24,658 nt of DNA from a virus. Taxonomy: Duplodnaviria > Caudoviricetes. Every line of letters begins with the position of its first letter. Position 1 is the first letter of the stretch. This document shows positions 14,301 to 23,138 of this stretch, piece by piece. The notes below the pieces were generated by a model that searched no databases, was not told where the DNA came from, and saw nothing but the letters and a program-made list of their open reading frames with translations. A program made the translations under genes and the position numbers. The DNA is taken from the IMG/VR virus record IMGVR_UViG_3300042376_000178, positions 1 to 24,658 of that record. One strand, given 5' to 3'.

Positions 14301-15790
14301 GCCAATCAACACCTGACCAAAGCTCGGAAACTGCGCGAGGAGTTAGAGAAGCAGATGGGCTACAAGCCCAAGGGGCTATCGGAGCAGGACCAAGCCAAAC
14401 TGGACAACGAGTTCCGAAACAGTTTTCGGATGAGGAAGTGGCAGGGCTAATTGCCAGCCCCAACAACAAACCACTCAAGCTCGCCCAGAGCTACACCAAG
14501 GAGCAGCGCGGCGCAGATTTTATGACGCCCAAGCTGCCCGCATCTAGTTTGGCCAAACAGTCAGCCATTGGCCGCACGCACATGGCCGCAGTCGAAGGAT
14601 CGCCCGCCTACAAGAACGCCATCTTTGACGCCTACGCTCAAAGCATGCCCGACGTGCTTCAGCAGGCCGGGGCAAAAAATTACGACGACTTGCTGGAAAA
14701 AGCTTATCGCCAGTTGGCCAAAGAAACCAGCGACCAGTTTGACCGACTGCCCGTAAGCATGTCTTTCCACAAAAGTGGTGAGGGCAACTACAACGGCGCA
14801 CGGGAGATGGCCAGCGACGTTCATGGCAACGACCACTTGTACGTCTTCCAAGGCGGCGACAAGCACGACTTCCTGAACCAAGTTGATCCCCGCACTGGGC
14901 TGAATGAGAACGAAAAGTTCCGCGCAGTCCACGACCTGTTTGGTCATGCCATTCGCGGCAACGAGTTTGGACCCGCAGGCGAAGAGAAGGCTTGGGGCAT
15001 TCACAAACAGATGTACAGCCCGCTGGCCCAGTTGGCTATGACGGCAGAGACCCGTGGCCAAAACAGCGTGGTTAACTACACCCCACTTAACGCCCGCCTG
15101 AAGGCTGAGGTTTCCCAGTTGCGCGAGATCCAAATGGAAGCCAAGCGACGCGGCGACACCCAGCGTTACAAGCTGGCCACCGAGGGTATTAAGGATGCCT
15201 TCCAAGGTTTCCAGTACGCCCCGCAGAAGGCCATCCTGCTACCGCCCGAATACGTTAGCGCTGACTACAAGGGTGGCATGCCCGACTATGTTCGCAAGCT
15301 GATCACCCCAGAAAAAGGAACAGAAACCCAATCGATTTTGACTCACTACAGCAACAAGCCCGACTTGAAATTTACCGACCCTAAGCGGTACGGTACTGGC
15401 ATCAAGGGAGCAGAAGCCGAGCGCTTAACCTCCCCAAGTGCCGTGCGCGATCGCTCGTACTTCTACATGGGTGAGCCGGGCACGGTGTCTGCTGAGCCGG
15501 GGCTTGGCGTCAACCGTTACCGTGGCGAGGCGTCAAGCCTGTACGACATCACGCAAGACCCTCTGGACTTTCGAGTGCTGGCCCGCGAGTCCAACCGCAC
15601 GCCCTACACTTCCAAGTACAACCAAGGCGTCACCAGCCCGCTGCAGGATGCCAATGACATGGAGCGCCTTGTGCGCGAATACGGCTACCAAGGCATGGCC
15701 AATCCCAAGGCGTCCAAGCCAATGGCCATCATGTTTGACCAAACACCAGTCGAGCGCTACAAGCGTGGCGGACTGTCATCAATAAAGTGA
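11315..15790 (+). CDS. Large multidomain (polyvalent) protein with ADP-ribosyltransferase-like domain(s), probably virion-delivered
   Basis: ATG 11315 has an AAGGT RBS (ORF open from 11282). 'RLYHGT...GVYLTP...GYDG...EVVSYNPNTIKSAIGNQGTYD' resembles ART-PolyVal; 'VVLDVHE' domain; 'FRAVHDLFGH...GEE' metal-binding motif; C-terminal 'LTHYS...RSYFY...GYQG' domain. Confidence 0.75.
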   Translation: MQFPELAPIKPINLPDLKPIGTDSVPKKQSLQEWHAAGGGVPKQYKGREHVWHAKVKKFAEGGEAHMGAGGVMKGLIGAYNKADKAADAAIAAKKALPAAERDANLQKFLEPSKAPMRLYHGTTATEGGKGKEAIRSLKPSKEGALGSGVYLTPSSAHASGYSGIPNDEAIEMMLRDPRNQDLGLKALNQRNSGNVLPSQEGGNMLPVHAQIRNPLIIEGTHGDPMIEALMKLGMDEDKASRMVERAYDQKGYIGKEVESRARAAGYDGLMQYRNGDLSEVVSYNPNTIKSAIGNQGTYDTSIPDLNKARGGEVHMQKGGKSGALVSIAEAVAAASKKADEILAAKKAADEATKPAKAAKPTNYSPKVLESTAARFADKISAASPKLSDEEVAKKAMNQAVKKLEWERTQKPALEKKYGPLSKSSFSESNPNKMQNTAEVVAERKRKANEFLDQPTEPWSPPRAELQAFDRSSIKDALEGFPGVSQSTFPRDKPSRASTSHVEELYTDPENRALIEKQIKRGLPLGGESFYASLYPVKQAVLEAGMPAEKFDQWIHGLAPASARNSIMNEMAVGQFLRQMNARGIPLTEENVAREMAIYADKFGMGLPLMPVHREGVAKVLEGGLNLRDQNLANIPTNYKIPTYGSQKAGDFANSVVLDVHEAAGHTQGSRYHPYFNEQGGFGNTEYNAGEQGLLGIAKDLGIPGGMAQAGRWFGGGELTGLKSPRGDALDLLEKQVAYTLQQKGIQPNPANVRAEVLRQIETGEGDLLPWYRKEGMPDVRQTGLQRAEGGEIHKAEGGLIEERRFDGGGMAAADFAGPEDDGGSLDKAKLMTKILAEEAKKQGSKEAGSLSKPRALTDLLNRGVLANNPISAGIDLLNMGLIPLDILGSKLTGRDIKVSSDKPFLGSEYVKDLMNKYNVTSGEERPMMETALSFASPAGMVKGAMKAPGAVTKVTEALTSSKMPPLATEAKTAQAGKPTGATYATKQDGPFYRVSQSTPDQSSETARGVREADGLQAQGAIGAGPSQTGQRVPKQFSDEEVAGLIASPNNKPLKLAQSYTKEQRGADFMTPKLPASSLAKQSAIGRTHMAAVEGSPAYKNAIFDAYAQSMPDVLQQAGAKNYDDLLEKAYRQLAKETSDQFDRLPVSMSFHKSGEGNYNGAREMASDVHGNDHLYVFQGGDKHDFLNQVDPRTGLNENEKFRAVHDLFGHAIRGNEFGPAGEEKAWGIHKQMYSPLAQLAMTAETRGQNSVVNYTPLNARLKAEVSQLREIQMEAKRRGDTQRYKLATEGIKDAFQGFQYAPQKAILLPPEYVSADYKGGMPDYVRKLITPEKGTETQSILTHYSNKPDLKFTDPKRYGTGIKGAEAERLTSPSAVRDRSYFYMGEPGTVSAEPGLGVNRYRGEASSLYDITQDPLDFRVLARESNRTPYTSKYNQGVTSPLQDANDMERLVREYGYQGMANPKASKPMAIMFDQTPVERYKRGGLSSIK
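14177..14205 (+). promoter_or_regulatory. Internal sigma70-like promoter
   Basis: GTGACA (14177-14182) -17- TAAAAT (14200-14205). Confidence 0.55.
14265..14450 (+). CDS. Overprinted 61-aa helical protein in the +1 frame of the large gene
   Basis: AGGAG 6 nt before ATG; promoter 60 nt upstream; the host frame reads as a low-complexity linker here. Confidence 0.55.
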   Translation: MQQNKTDRSTGSANQHLTKARKLREELEKQMGYKPKGLSEQDQAKLDNEFRNSFRMRKWQG

Positions 15791-15797
15791 GCCCTAC

Positions 15798-18344
15798 ATG
15801 GCAACCCAATTCCCCATCGACCCCGAGTTCAACCGCTTTGTTGGCGGCAACCCCGACCAAGACAACGAGGCCGGGGGCGAGGAGCAGGTCGTTGACATGC
15901 CAGAGATGGACGACGCCGAGCTAGAGGAGCTGCCCGACGGTAGCGTGGTGGTCACCATGGACACCAAGGGCCCCATGGAGGACGAGGACTTCTATCAGAA
16001 CCTGTCCGACAGCGACCTGATCATGGACGTGGACCTTGACGGTCTGGCCCTGCGCTACATTGAGCTGGTTGAGAAGGACAAGGACGCCCGCAAACAGCGC
16101 GACAAGCAGTACGAAGAGGGCATCAAGCGCACCGGAATGGGCAACGACGCCCCCGGCGGGGCCAACTTCAACGGCGCGTCCAAGGTCGTCCACCCCGTGA
16201 TGGCCGAGACCTGCATTGACTTTGCCTCTCGCGCCATCAAGGAAATGTTCCCGCCCGACGGCCCGACCAAAACCAAGATTTTGGGCGACGTCAACGAGGA
16301 CAAAACCAAGATTGCCGAGCGCAAGCGCGACTTTATGAACTGGCAGCTCACCGAGCAGATTGAGGAGTTCCGCGACGAGCAGGAGCAGATGCTCACCCAG
16401 CTCCCGCTTGGCGGCTCCCAGTACCTGAAACTTTGGTACGACGAGAAGAAGCGCCGCCCATGCGCCCAGTTTCTGCCCATTGATAATGTACTTTTGCCTT
16501 ACGCGGCAGGCAGCTTCTACACCGCCGAGCGGTTCACCGAGGTGGACGACATCTCCGACTGGGATTACAAGCGCCGCATCACCTCCGGCCTGTACCGCGA
16601 GACCACCCTGACCCGCGCCACCATGGACCCAGAGATGACCGGGTCGCAGAAGGCTACCAACAAGGTGGAGGGCAAGTCCCAAAACGACAATGAGGACGCC
16701 GTGCGCCGGGTGTACCACATCTACACATGGCTGGAGCTGGAAGACGACCCCATCACCAAGGGCGAGATGGCCCCGTACATCCTGATGATTGACGACCTGT
16801 CCAGCGAGGTCATCGGCCTATACCGGAACTGGGAGGAGGGCGACGACACATTGACCAAATTGGACTGGGTAATCGAGTTCAAATTCATCCCATGGCGCGG
16901 GGCATACGCCGTTGGCCTGCCGCAGCTCATTGGAGGGCTCTCAGCGGCCCTTACAGGCGCTTTGCGGGCCCTATTGGACTCTGCCCACATCAACAACGCT
17001 GCGACGCTCCTGAAGCTCAAGGGCGGCAAGATCTCTGGCCAGTCCCAAGAGATCGAAGTCACGCAGGTTGTAGAGATTGAGGGTGCCCCGGGCGTGGACG
17101 ACGTGCGCAAGATTGCCATGCCGATGCCGTTTAACCCTCCGTCGCCGGTGCTTTTCCAACTTTTGGGTTGGCTGACCAACGCCGCCAAAGGCGTGGTGAC
17201 CACCGCCGAAGAAAAGATTGCCGATGTCAACTCCAACACCCCGGTCGGCACCACTCAGGCGCTGATTGAGCAGGGCGCGGCTGTTTTTAGCTCAATTCAC
17301 GCCCGTTTGCATGAGTCTCAGGGCCGTGTGCTGAAGGTTTTGAGCCGAATCAACCGCTGGTACTTGGACGACATGCAGCGCGGCGAGGTTGTGGAGGATT
17401 TGGAGATCAAACGCGAGGATTTTGCCCGCGTGACCGACGTTATTCCGGTTTCTGACCCCCACATCTTCTCTGAGACCCAGCGGATGGCCCAAACCCAAGC
17501 GGTGATGGCCGTCATGAAAGACAACCCGGAGATGTTCAACAAGAAGGTGGTGATCCAGCGCTTCTTGAAGCAGATCAAGGTGCCCGGCATCAATGAAATC
17601 ATGGTTGACGTGCCCGCGCCGGTCAAAATGGACTCGGCCAACGAGAACGTGGCCATGGCAATCGGCCAAGCGGCCTACGCCTACCCCGAGCAAGACCACC
17701 TTGGCCACATTCAGTCCCATTTGGACTTTGCGAAGAGCCCAATCTTTGGCGGCAACCCCATCATTGCGCCTGCATTCCTGCCTAAATCGGTTGAGCACAT
17801 CAAGCAGCACATCGTGCTCTGGTACTTGAACCGCATGACGGGCTACGTCCAGAAGGCCATGGGGCAAAAGATGCCCGACTACGACTTGCAGAAGGATCCC
17901 AAGGCCATCGACAAGATGTACGCCTTGGCCTCGCAGCACGTTGAGATGGACGCCGACCAGACGCTCAAGGGCATCATGCCGGTCATCCAGCAGTTGGTAC
18001 AGGGCCTGCAGCAGTTCAAGCCACAGCCACAGATGACGCCCGACACCAAGGTGCTGCTCGACACCAGCATGGCCGAGACCCAGCGCCGGGCCAAGCGCGA
18101 CGAAGCCGAGATGGGCCTCAAGGACAAGGCTCTGGCAGCCAAGATCCAAATGGACATGGCCAAGCTGCAACAGGACCAGCAGGAGGCCATGGAAGAGCTG
18201 CAGCTCAAGTTAGCCATTGCTACCGACGACCGCGACATGAAAGAACGCATCGAAACAGCCCGCCTAACACGCGATGCGGCAAAACTCAATTTTGAGCAAG
18301 TCAAGGCTGAACCAACCCAAGGAGATAACTATGGCAACCAGTGA
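15798..18344 (+). CDS. Portal protein
   Basis: 848 aa; 'GASKVVHPVMAE', 'FMNWQLTEQIEE', 'PVGTTQALIEQG', coiled-coil C-terminus (P22-like long portal); position downstream of terL and upstream of the head genes. Confidence 0.85.
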   Translation: MATQFPIDPEFNRFVGGNPDQDNEAGGEEQVVDMPEMDDAELEELPDGSVVVTMDTKGPMEDEDFYQNLSDSDLIMDVDLDGLALRYIELVEKDKDARKQRDKQYEEGIKRTGMGNDAPGGANFNGASKVVHPVMAETCIDFASRAIKEMFPPDGPTKTKILGDVNEDKTKIAERKRDFMNWQLTEQIEEFRDEQEQMLTQLPLGGSQYLKLWYDEKKRRPCAQFLPIDNVLLPYAAGSFYTAERFTEVDDISDWDYKRRITSGLYRETTLTRATMDPEMTGSQKATNKVEGKSQNDNEDAVRRVYHIYTWLELEDDPITKGEMAPYILMIDDLSSEVIGLYRNWEEGDDTLTKLDWVIEFKFIPWRGAYAVGLPQLIGGLSAALTGALRALLDSAHINNAATLLKLKGGKISGQSQEIEVTQVVEIEGAPGVDDVRKIAMPMPFNPPSPVLFQLLGWLTNAAKGVVTTAEEKIADVNSNTPVGTTQALIEQGAAVFSSIHARLHESQGRVLKVLSRINRWYLDDMQRGEVVEDLEIKREDFARVTDVIPVSDPHIFSETQRMAQTQAVMAVMKDNPEMFNKKVVIQRFLKQIKVPGINEIMVDVPAPVKMDSANENVAMAIGQAAYAYPEQDHLGHIQSHLDFAKSPIFGGNPIIAPAFLPKSVEHIKQHIVLWYLNRMTGYVQKAMGQKMPDYDLQKDPKAIDKMYALASQHVEMDADQTLKGIMPVIQQLVQGLQQFKPQPQMTPDTKVLLDTSMAETQRRAKRDEAEMGLKDKALAAKIQMDMAKLQQDQQEAMEELQLKLAIATDDRDMKERIETARLTRDAAKLNFEQVKAEPTQGDNYGNQ

Positions 18345-18477
18345 TCAGGAACAGAAGAGCGTGCAGGTCCCCCAGCACAAGCGCATGGCTATGGGCGAGA
18401 AGCTCGATGGCCAGAGCATGAAGGGCGCAACCCCAACCAAACAAGCAGGAGGCCTGTCACAAGCTAAGAAAAAATGA
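18331..18477 (+). CDS. Small hypothetical protein (MATSDQEQKS...)
   Basis: AAGGAG RBS before ATG at 18331; ATGA coupling downstream. Confidence 0.65.
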   Translation: MATSDQEQKSVQVPQHKRMAMGEKLDGQSMKGATPTKQAGGLSQAKKK

Positions 18478-18656
18478 AAACCCTCTCGGACTTGATTGGC
18501 GGAATTAAGGCTAAGCAGGCTGAAATAGCCTCGTCCCTCGTTGCTGGTAATGCGACGAACTGGGAGTCTTACACCCGACTGGTCGGTCACAACGCGGGCC
18601 TGCAAGAAGCCCTCGACATCCTAAACAACCTGATGAAGGAAGATGAAAATGAGTAA
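18474..18656 (+). CDS. Hypothetical helical protein
   Basis: Coupled to genes on both sides. Confidence 0.7.
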   Translation: MKTLSDLIGGIKAKQAEIASSLVAGNATNWESYTRLVGHNAGLQEALDILNNLMKEDENE

Positions 18657-19080
18657 CCCGGTAGCTTCTAACGAAGCTGAGATGGCTTGGGCATTTCCGA
18701 GCGTAGATCCCGGTGCAAAACCTCTTGGCGGACGTATTTTGGTACAACTCCGCCGTTCAAAAAAGGCAACAACTGCATCCGGGATCATCTTGGTCGAAGA
18801 GACTAAAGAGACCGAAAAGTGGCAAAACATGGTGGCAAAGGTCATTGAGATTGGCCCACTGGCGTTCAAGCATCGTGACACGATGGCATCTTGGCCAGAG
18901 GGATCTTGGTGTTCTGTTGGCGACTACATCCGCGTCCCCAAGTGGGGCGGCGATCGCTGGGAAATTAAAGTCCCCGGCGAGGATGCGCACGAAGACTCCG
19001 CCCTGTTTATGGTCCTAAACGACCACGAGGTGATTGCAAAGCTCACCGGTGATCCACTTGCAGTGAGGGCTTTCCTATGA
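18649..19080 (+). CDS. groES: GroES/Cpn10-like co-chaperonin
   Basis: 'KPLGGRILVQ', mobile loop 'TTASGIIL', 'VIEIGP', 'VGDYI..PKWGG', 'LNDHEVIA'. Confidence 0.85.
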   Translation: MSNPVASNEAEMAWAFPSVDPGAKPLGGRILVQLRRSKKATTASGIILVEETKETEKWQNMVAKVIEIGPLAFKHRDTMASWPEGSWCSVGDYIRVPKWGGDRWEIKVPGEDAHEDSALFMVLNDHEVIAKLTGDPLAVRAFL

Positions 19081-20009
19081 GTACCGCAGAAAAAGAAGAG
19101 AACATCAGCGTTGTCGAGGAGAAGGATGGTTCCGTTACGGTTGACCTCCCGGACCACTTGGCCGGGGACGATGACAACGGTCCTGAAAGCCATCGAGTCG
19201 ACGATGGGGACGTAGACCACCCCGATGACTCTGACGCAGTGCGTGAGGCCCGCCGCAACCGCCGCCGAGCCAAAAAGGAGTACATCAAGCGCACCAACGA
19301 AGAGAAGGACCAGCGCCTTGGCCTGCTGCAGCGCCAGAATCAGGAGCTGATGGAGCGCCTGTCCGTTGTTGAGCGCAAGACCCATGGCGCGGACATGGCC
19401 CGCTACGAGAAGGCCATGGAGGACGAGGAGTACCGTCTGAGGTATGCCCAGCAGAAAATGCAGGAGGCCACAGACAACTCCGACGGCACGGCGTTTACCA
19501 AGGCTCAAGAGCTTTGGTACGACAGCCGCCGCAAGCTTGAGGCAATGAACAGCTACAAGGAGCAGGTTGCCCGGGCCGGTTCAACTGAATCAGCGCCAGC
19601 CAATCCCAAGCTGGTGAGGTTGGCCAACGGCTGGATGGAGCGGAATTCTTGGTACGACCCCGAGGCGGGCGACGAGGATACCCAGATTGCCAAGGTTATT
19701 GACAATCGTCTGGTTGCCGAGGGTTGGGACCCCGCAACGCAAGATTATTGGGATGAGCTTGACAACCGCTTGCAAAAGCGGCTACCACACCGTTATACTA
19801 GAAATACTGACGAGCCCTCCAGAAGGAGTCCCCGAAGTGTGGTTACAGGATCGAGTCGTGAATCGTCCGGTCGCGTTAATGGCAACCAATTTGTTTTGGA
19901 ACCTGAACAGGTCCGAGCAATGAAGGATGCTGGTTTTTGGGATGACCCCGAAAAACGCAACCGGATGATCAAACGATACGCAATTGAAGCCCGCAACAAA
20001 AGGTACTAA
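19077..20009 (+). CDS. Probable capsid scaffolding protein
   Basis: Acidic N-terminus, long coiled coil, 'W..RNSWY'; between portal and capsid genes. Confidence 0.65.
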   Translation: MSTAEKEENISVVEEKDGSVTVDLPDHLAGDDDNGPESHRVDDGDVDHPDDSDAVREARRNRRRAKKEYIKRTNEEKDQRLGLLQRQNQELMERLSVVERKTHGADMARYEKAMEDEEYRLRYAQQKMQEATDNSDGTAFTKAQELWYDSRRKLEAMNSYKEQVARAGSTESAPANPKLVRLANGWMERNSWYDPEAGDEDTQIAKVIDNRLVAEGWDPATQDYWDELDNRLQKRLPHRYTRNTDEPSRRSPRSVVTGSSRESSGRVNGNQFVLEPEQVRAMKDAGFWDDPEKRNRMIKRYAIEARNKRY

Positions 20010-20014
20010 ACATT

Positions 20015-20557
20015 ATGGATTCTCGTCTCAAAAAAACCCTCAACGCGGGTGGCCGTGAAAGCCGATCTTCACAAGATTCGTCACGAGCTGCCCCCGAAGA
20101 GGCGTTCATTTCAAAGCAGGAACGTCGCAAGATGTGGAGCGATGAATGGACACAAAGTGCGCTGCCGAAGGTTCCGGATATTCCGGGATGGCATCTTTGC
20201 TGGTTATCAACCACCAACGGCTACGACAGTATTGATAAGCGGATGCGATTAGGGTATGTTCCCGTGAGAGCGGATGAGTTACCCGGATTTGACAGTTACC
20301 GCGTAAAGGCTGGCGAAGACGTAGGCTTTATTGCGTGCAATGAGATGCGCCTGTACAAACTTCCAATGGAGGTTTATCAGGAGGTCATGACTCAAATGCA
20401 CCATGAGGCACCCAAGGAGGAGGCGGACAAAGTCCAAATCCAAGTTGAACAGCTTCAAGGGAACCGCGATAGCTCAGGCAAGAGTCTGGGAAGTGTTGAA
20501 GGTGAAGGCTTTGGCAATTTGAACCGAAACGTCCAAGCACCCGTGTTTTACGGGTGA
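20015..20557 (+). CDS. Conserved head-module hypothetical protein
   Basis: Long ORF with 'PGWHLCWLS...GYVPV'; position in the head operon. Confidence 0.7.
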   Translation: MDSRLKKTLNAGGRESRSSQDSSRAAPEEAFISKQERRKMWSDEWTQSALPKVPDIPGWHLCWLSTTNGYDSIDKRMRLGYVPVRADELPGFDSYRVKAGEDVGFIACNEMRLYKLPMEVYQEVMTQMHHEAPKEEADKVQIQVEQLQGNRDSSGKSLGSVEGEGFGNLNRNVQAPVFYG

Positions 20558-20579
20558 GGACTTAACAAAGGAGTTAGAT

Positions 20580-21152
20580 ATGAGTTCAACCTCTGCTCCG
20601 TTCGGCTTGCGTCCTTCGTTCCACCCATCGGGTCTGGATCGCGCTGTGGCGCTCGCAAACGGTATTGCTTCCGGGTACAACACCGGAATTCTCAAGGGCC
20701 AACCTGTAGCCCTTGACACGTCTGGAAACATCATCATTGCTACGGCTGGCAGTGCCTATCAAGGCGCTTTTGCTGGCCACGAGTACACTGATACCACGGG
20801 CCGTCGTCTGGTCAGCAATCAGTGGGTGGCTAACACCGCCTACCAAACTGGCTCACAAGTGACCTACTACTACTCTGACCCGAATATCGTTTACGACATT
20901 CAGGCCAACGGCAGTTTGGCACAAACCTCGATTGGCGATCAGGCCAACTTCGCAAGCGCTACCGCTGGTTCCACGACCACGGGCTTGTCGCAGTGCATGA
21001 TTTCCACCTCCCTTGCGGGGTCAGGCGCGGTCGGTGATATGCGTATCATTGGTCTTTCAAACGGCGTTGACAACGCTTGGGGCGATGCTTACACAGTTGT
21101 GCAAGTACAAGTCTCTCGCAGTCAGTTCGTCGCAACCATTAACGCCATCTAA
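20580..21152 (+). CDS. Probable capsid decoration/minor head protein
   Basis: AAGGAG RBS; small-residue beta-rich, 'APFGLRP', 'DPNIVYDIQ'; directly upstream of MCP. Confidence 0.6.
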   Translation: MSSTSAPFGLRPSFHPSGLDRAVALANGIASGYNTGILKGQPVALDTSGNIIIATAGSAYQGAFAGHEYTDTTGRRLVSNQWVANTAYQTGSQVTYYYSDPNIVYDIQANGSLAQTSIGDQANFASATAGSTTTGLSQCMISTSLAGSGAVGDMRIIGLSNGVDNAWGDAYTVVQVQVSRSQFVATINAI

Positions 21153-21163
21153 GGAGTCCAATC

Positions 21164-22078
21164 ATGGCAGCACCAATGCGCAGTACGGACTTTAGAAGCA
21201 TCGTTGAACCAATCATGAACGAGTGCTTCGATGGAGTCTATGACCAACGTACCGATGAATGGTCACGGGTTTTCCGTGAGCAGGACGGTATCCCCCGCAA
21301 CTACCACGAAGAACCCGTCCTGTACGGTTTTGGCGCGGCTCCCCAGTTGCCTGACGGTACTCCTGTCAGCTACCAACAGGGCGGCGTGCTCTTCTTGCAG
21401 CGCTATGTGTACAACGTGTATGGCTTGGCCTTCGCGTTGACCAAAGTGCTGGTTGAAGACGGCGACCACATCCGTATCGGGCAGGTCTATGCTCGTCACT
21501 TGGCTCAGTCTCTCATCGAGACCAAAGAGACTCTGTGCGCGAACATTCTGAACCGTGGCTTCAACTCCAGCTACCCCGGCGGCGATGGCGTGTCTCTGAT
21601 CAACACCGCTCACCCCATCGTAAACGGCACGTTCAGCAACCAGTTGGCCACTGCGGCTAACCTGAGCCAGACCAGTCTGGAACAGATGCTGATCCAGATC
21701 CGCCAAGCTGTGGATAACAACGGCAAGAAGATCCGTCTGGTGCCCCGCCAACTGGTGGTCGCCCCGGGCAACGTCTTCCAAGCCGAAGTTTTGCTGAAGA
21801 GCGTTCTGCGGTCTGGTTCGGCCAACAACGACCTGAACCCTGTCAAGTCCATCGGCTTGCTGGACGAAGGCGCTGCCGTTATTAGCCGCTTGACCAGCGC
21901 TACCGCGTTCTTTGTACAGACCGACGCTCCCGAGGGCATGAAGCTCATGATGCGTCGCAAGCTGGAGAAGACCATGGAAGGCGACTTTGAGACCGACTCC
22001 ATGCGCTACAAGGCCACCGAGCGTTACATCCCCGGGTTTACCGACCCGCGTGCAATGTTTGGCACTCCCGGCGTCTAA
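21164..22078 (+). CDS. Major capsid protein (HK97 fold, Mu gpT-like)
   Basis: 304 aa; 'GGDGVSL.NTAHP', 'LSQTSLE', 'DFETDSMRYKATERY..G.TDPR'; strong RBS and a following terminator. Confidence 0.85.
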   Translation: MAAPMRSTDFRSIVEPIMNECFDGVYDQRTDEWSRVFREQDGIPRNYHEEPVLYGFGAAPQLPDGTPVSYQQGGVLFLQRYVYNVYGLAFALTKVLVEDGDHIRIGQVYARHLAQSLIETKETLCANILNRGFNSSYPGGDGVSLINTAHPIVNGTFSNQLATAANLSQTSLEQMLIQIRQAVDNNGKKIRLVPRQLVVAPGNVFQAEVLLKSVLRSGSANNDLNPVKSIGLLDEGAAVISRLTSATAFFVQTDAPEGMKLMMRRKLEKTMEGDFETDSMRYKATERYIPGFTDPRAMFGTPGV

Positions 22079-22086
22079 AGCCAAGC

Positions 22087-22118
22087 GGGGCGGGCGTAAA
22101 AACCCCGCCCCTTTTTTT
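22087..22118 (+). terminator. Rho-independent terminator
   Basis: GGGGCGGG / CCCGCCCC stem followed by T7. Confidence 0.85.
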
Positions 22119-22150
22119 CAACATTGGTCAAACTTTTCAAGGAGCAGACC

Positions 22151-23128
22151 ATGCCGCAATTCTCAGACGATCTCTTTTTGGGTTCCGCACTTACCGTTCA
22201 AGGTATGGACGCCTACCCTGCTGTTTCAACTTTTACTGGCTCAATCGCTACCACCACATTGACCGTCACCGCGATGCTTTCGGGTGACCCAATTTTTGTT
22301 GGTATGTATCTTGATAGCTCAACGTCCCTTACCAATGGCACTACCATTACCGCTTTTGGTACGGGTTCAGGTGGTGTAGGTACTTACACGGTCAGTGCCT
22401 CGCAAACTGTAGCAAGCGCCACCATCATTGGTTCCGGGAATGCTCTGTTGCAAAACCCGTCGCCCATGAGCGTTGGTGTTGGCCCGTTGGGTCGTGTCTA
22501 TATTTGGGACGCTGTACCGCAAGCCAAGCTGACAACCAATATTGTTGCCGCTGTCATCACAACTGCTACCACGCTTACGCTGGCCGCAGGCGCAGGTGTG
22601 ACATCAGTCACCACAGCTAGTGGCGCTACAGTTTTGCAACTTGACTGCCCTCGTGCTGTGTCTACAACCACAGGCGCTGGCTCCCCGACCAGTGTCAACA
22701 TCACGGTTTCTGGTTTTGACTACTACGGTCAAGCCATGAGCGAGGTGATTGCAACAGGGGCGGTGGCGTCAACGACGGTCAATGGTAAAAAAGCCTTTTT
22801 CCAAATCTCCAGTGTTACTGCTTCGGGCGCAAGCGTGGTGACCGTTGCGGTGGGTACAACCGACATCTTGGGTGCGCCACTGCGCATCACTGATGCCGGG
22901 TACATCACTCGCGCTGGTTGGAACAACACCTTAGCCGAAGATGCTGGTACTTTTGCCGCCGCCGCTACTGCCACAGCCACCACCACCACTGGTGATGTCA
23001 GGGGCACTTACCTGCCCTCCTCGGCGGCAGACGGCATCAAGCGTCTTGTGATGGGAATAGCCCTGCCAGCAATTGCTGTAGGCCCGAATGCAACCCGTGT
23101 TGGCGCTCTTGGCGTCACACAAGCATAA
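22151..23128 (+). CDS. Virion structural protein (Thr/Ala/Gly/Val-rich beta protein)
   Basis: AAGGAG RBS before ATG at 22151; composition and position after MCP. Confidence 0.7.
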   Translation: MPQFSDDLFLGSALTVQGMDAYPAVSTFTGSIATTTLTVTAMLSGDPIFVGMYLDSSTSLTNGTTITAFGTGSGGVGTYTVSASQTVASATIIGSGNALLQNPSPMSVGVGPLGRVYIWDAVPQAKLTTNIVAAVITTATTLTLAAGAGVTSVTTASGATVLQLDCPRAVSTTTGAGSPTSVNITVSGFDYYGQAMSEVIATGAVASTTVNGKKAFFQISSVTASGASVVTVAVGTTDILGAPLRITDAGYITRAGWNNTLAEDAGTFAAAATATATTTTGDVRGTYLPSSAADGIKRLVMGIALPAIAVGPNATRVGALGVTQA

Positions 23129-23138
23129 GGAGAACGAC

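Noticed and set aside
9378-22084. Long minus-strand ORFs (e.g. 9378-10544, 15921-16718, 17292-18170, 21263-22084)
   Set aside because: Antisense shadows of GC3-biased genes; V/L/G-rich sequence with no motifs or RBS.
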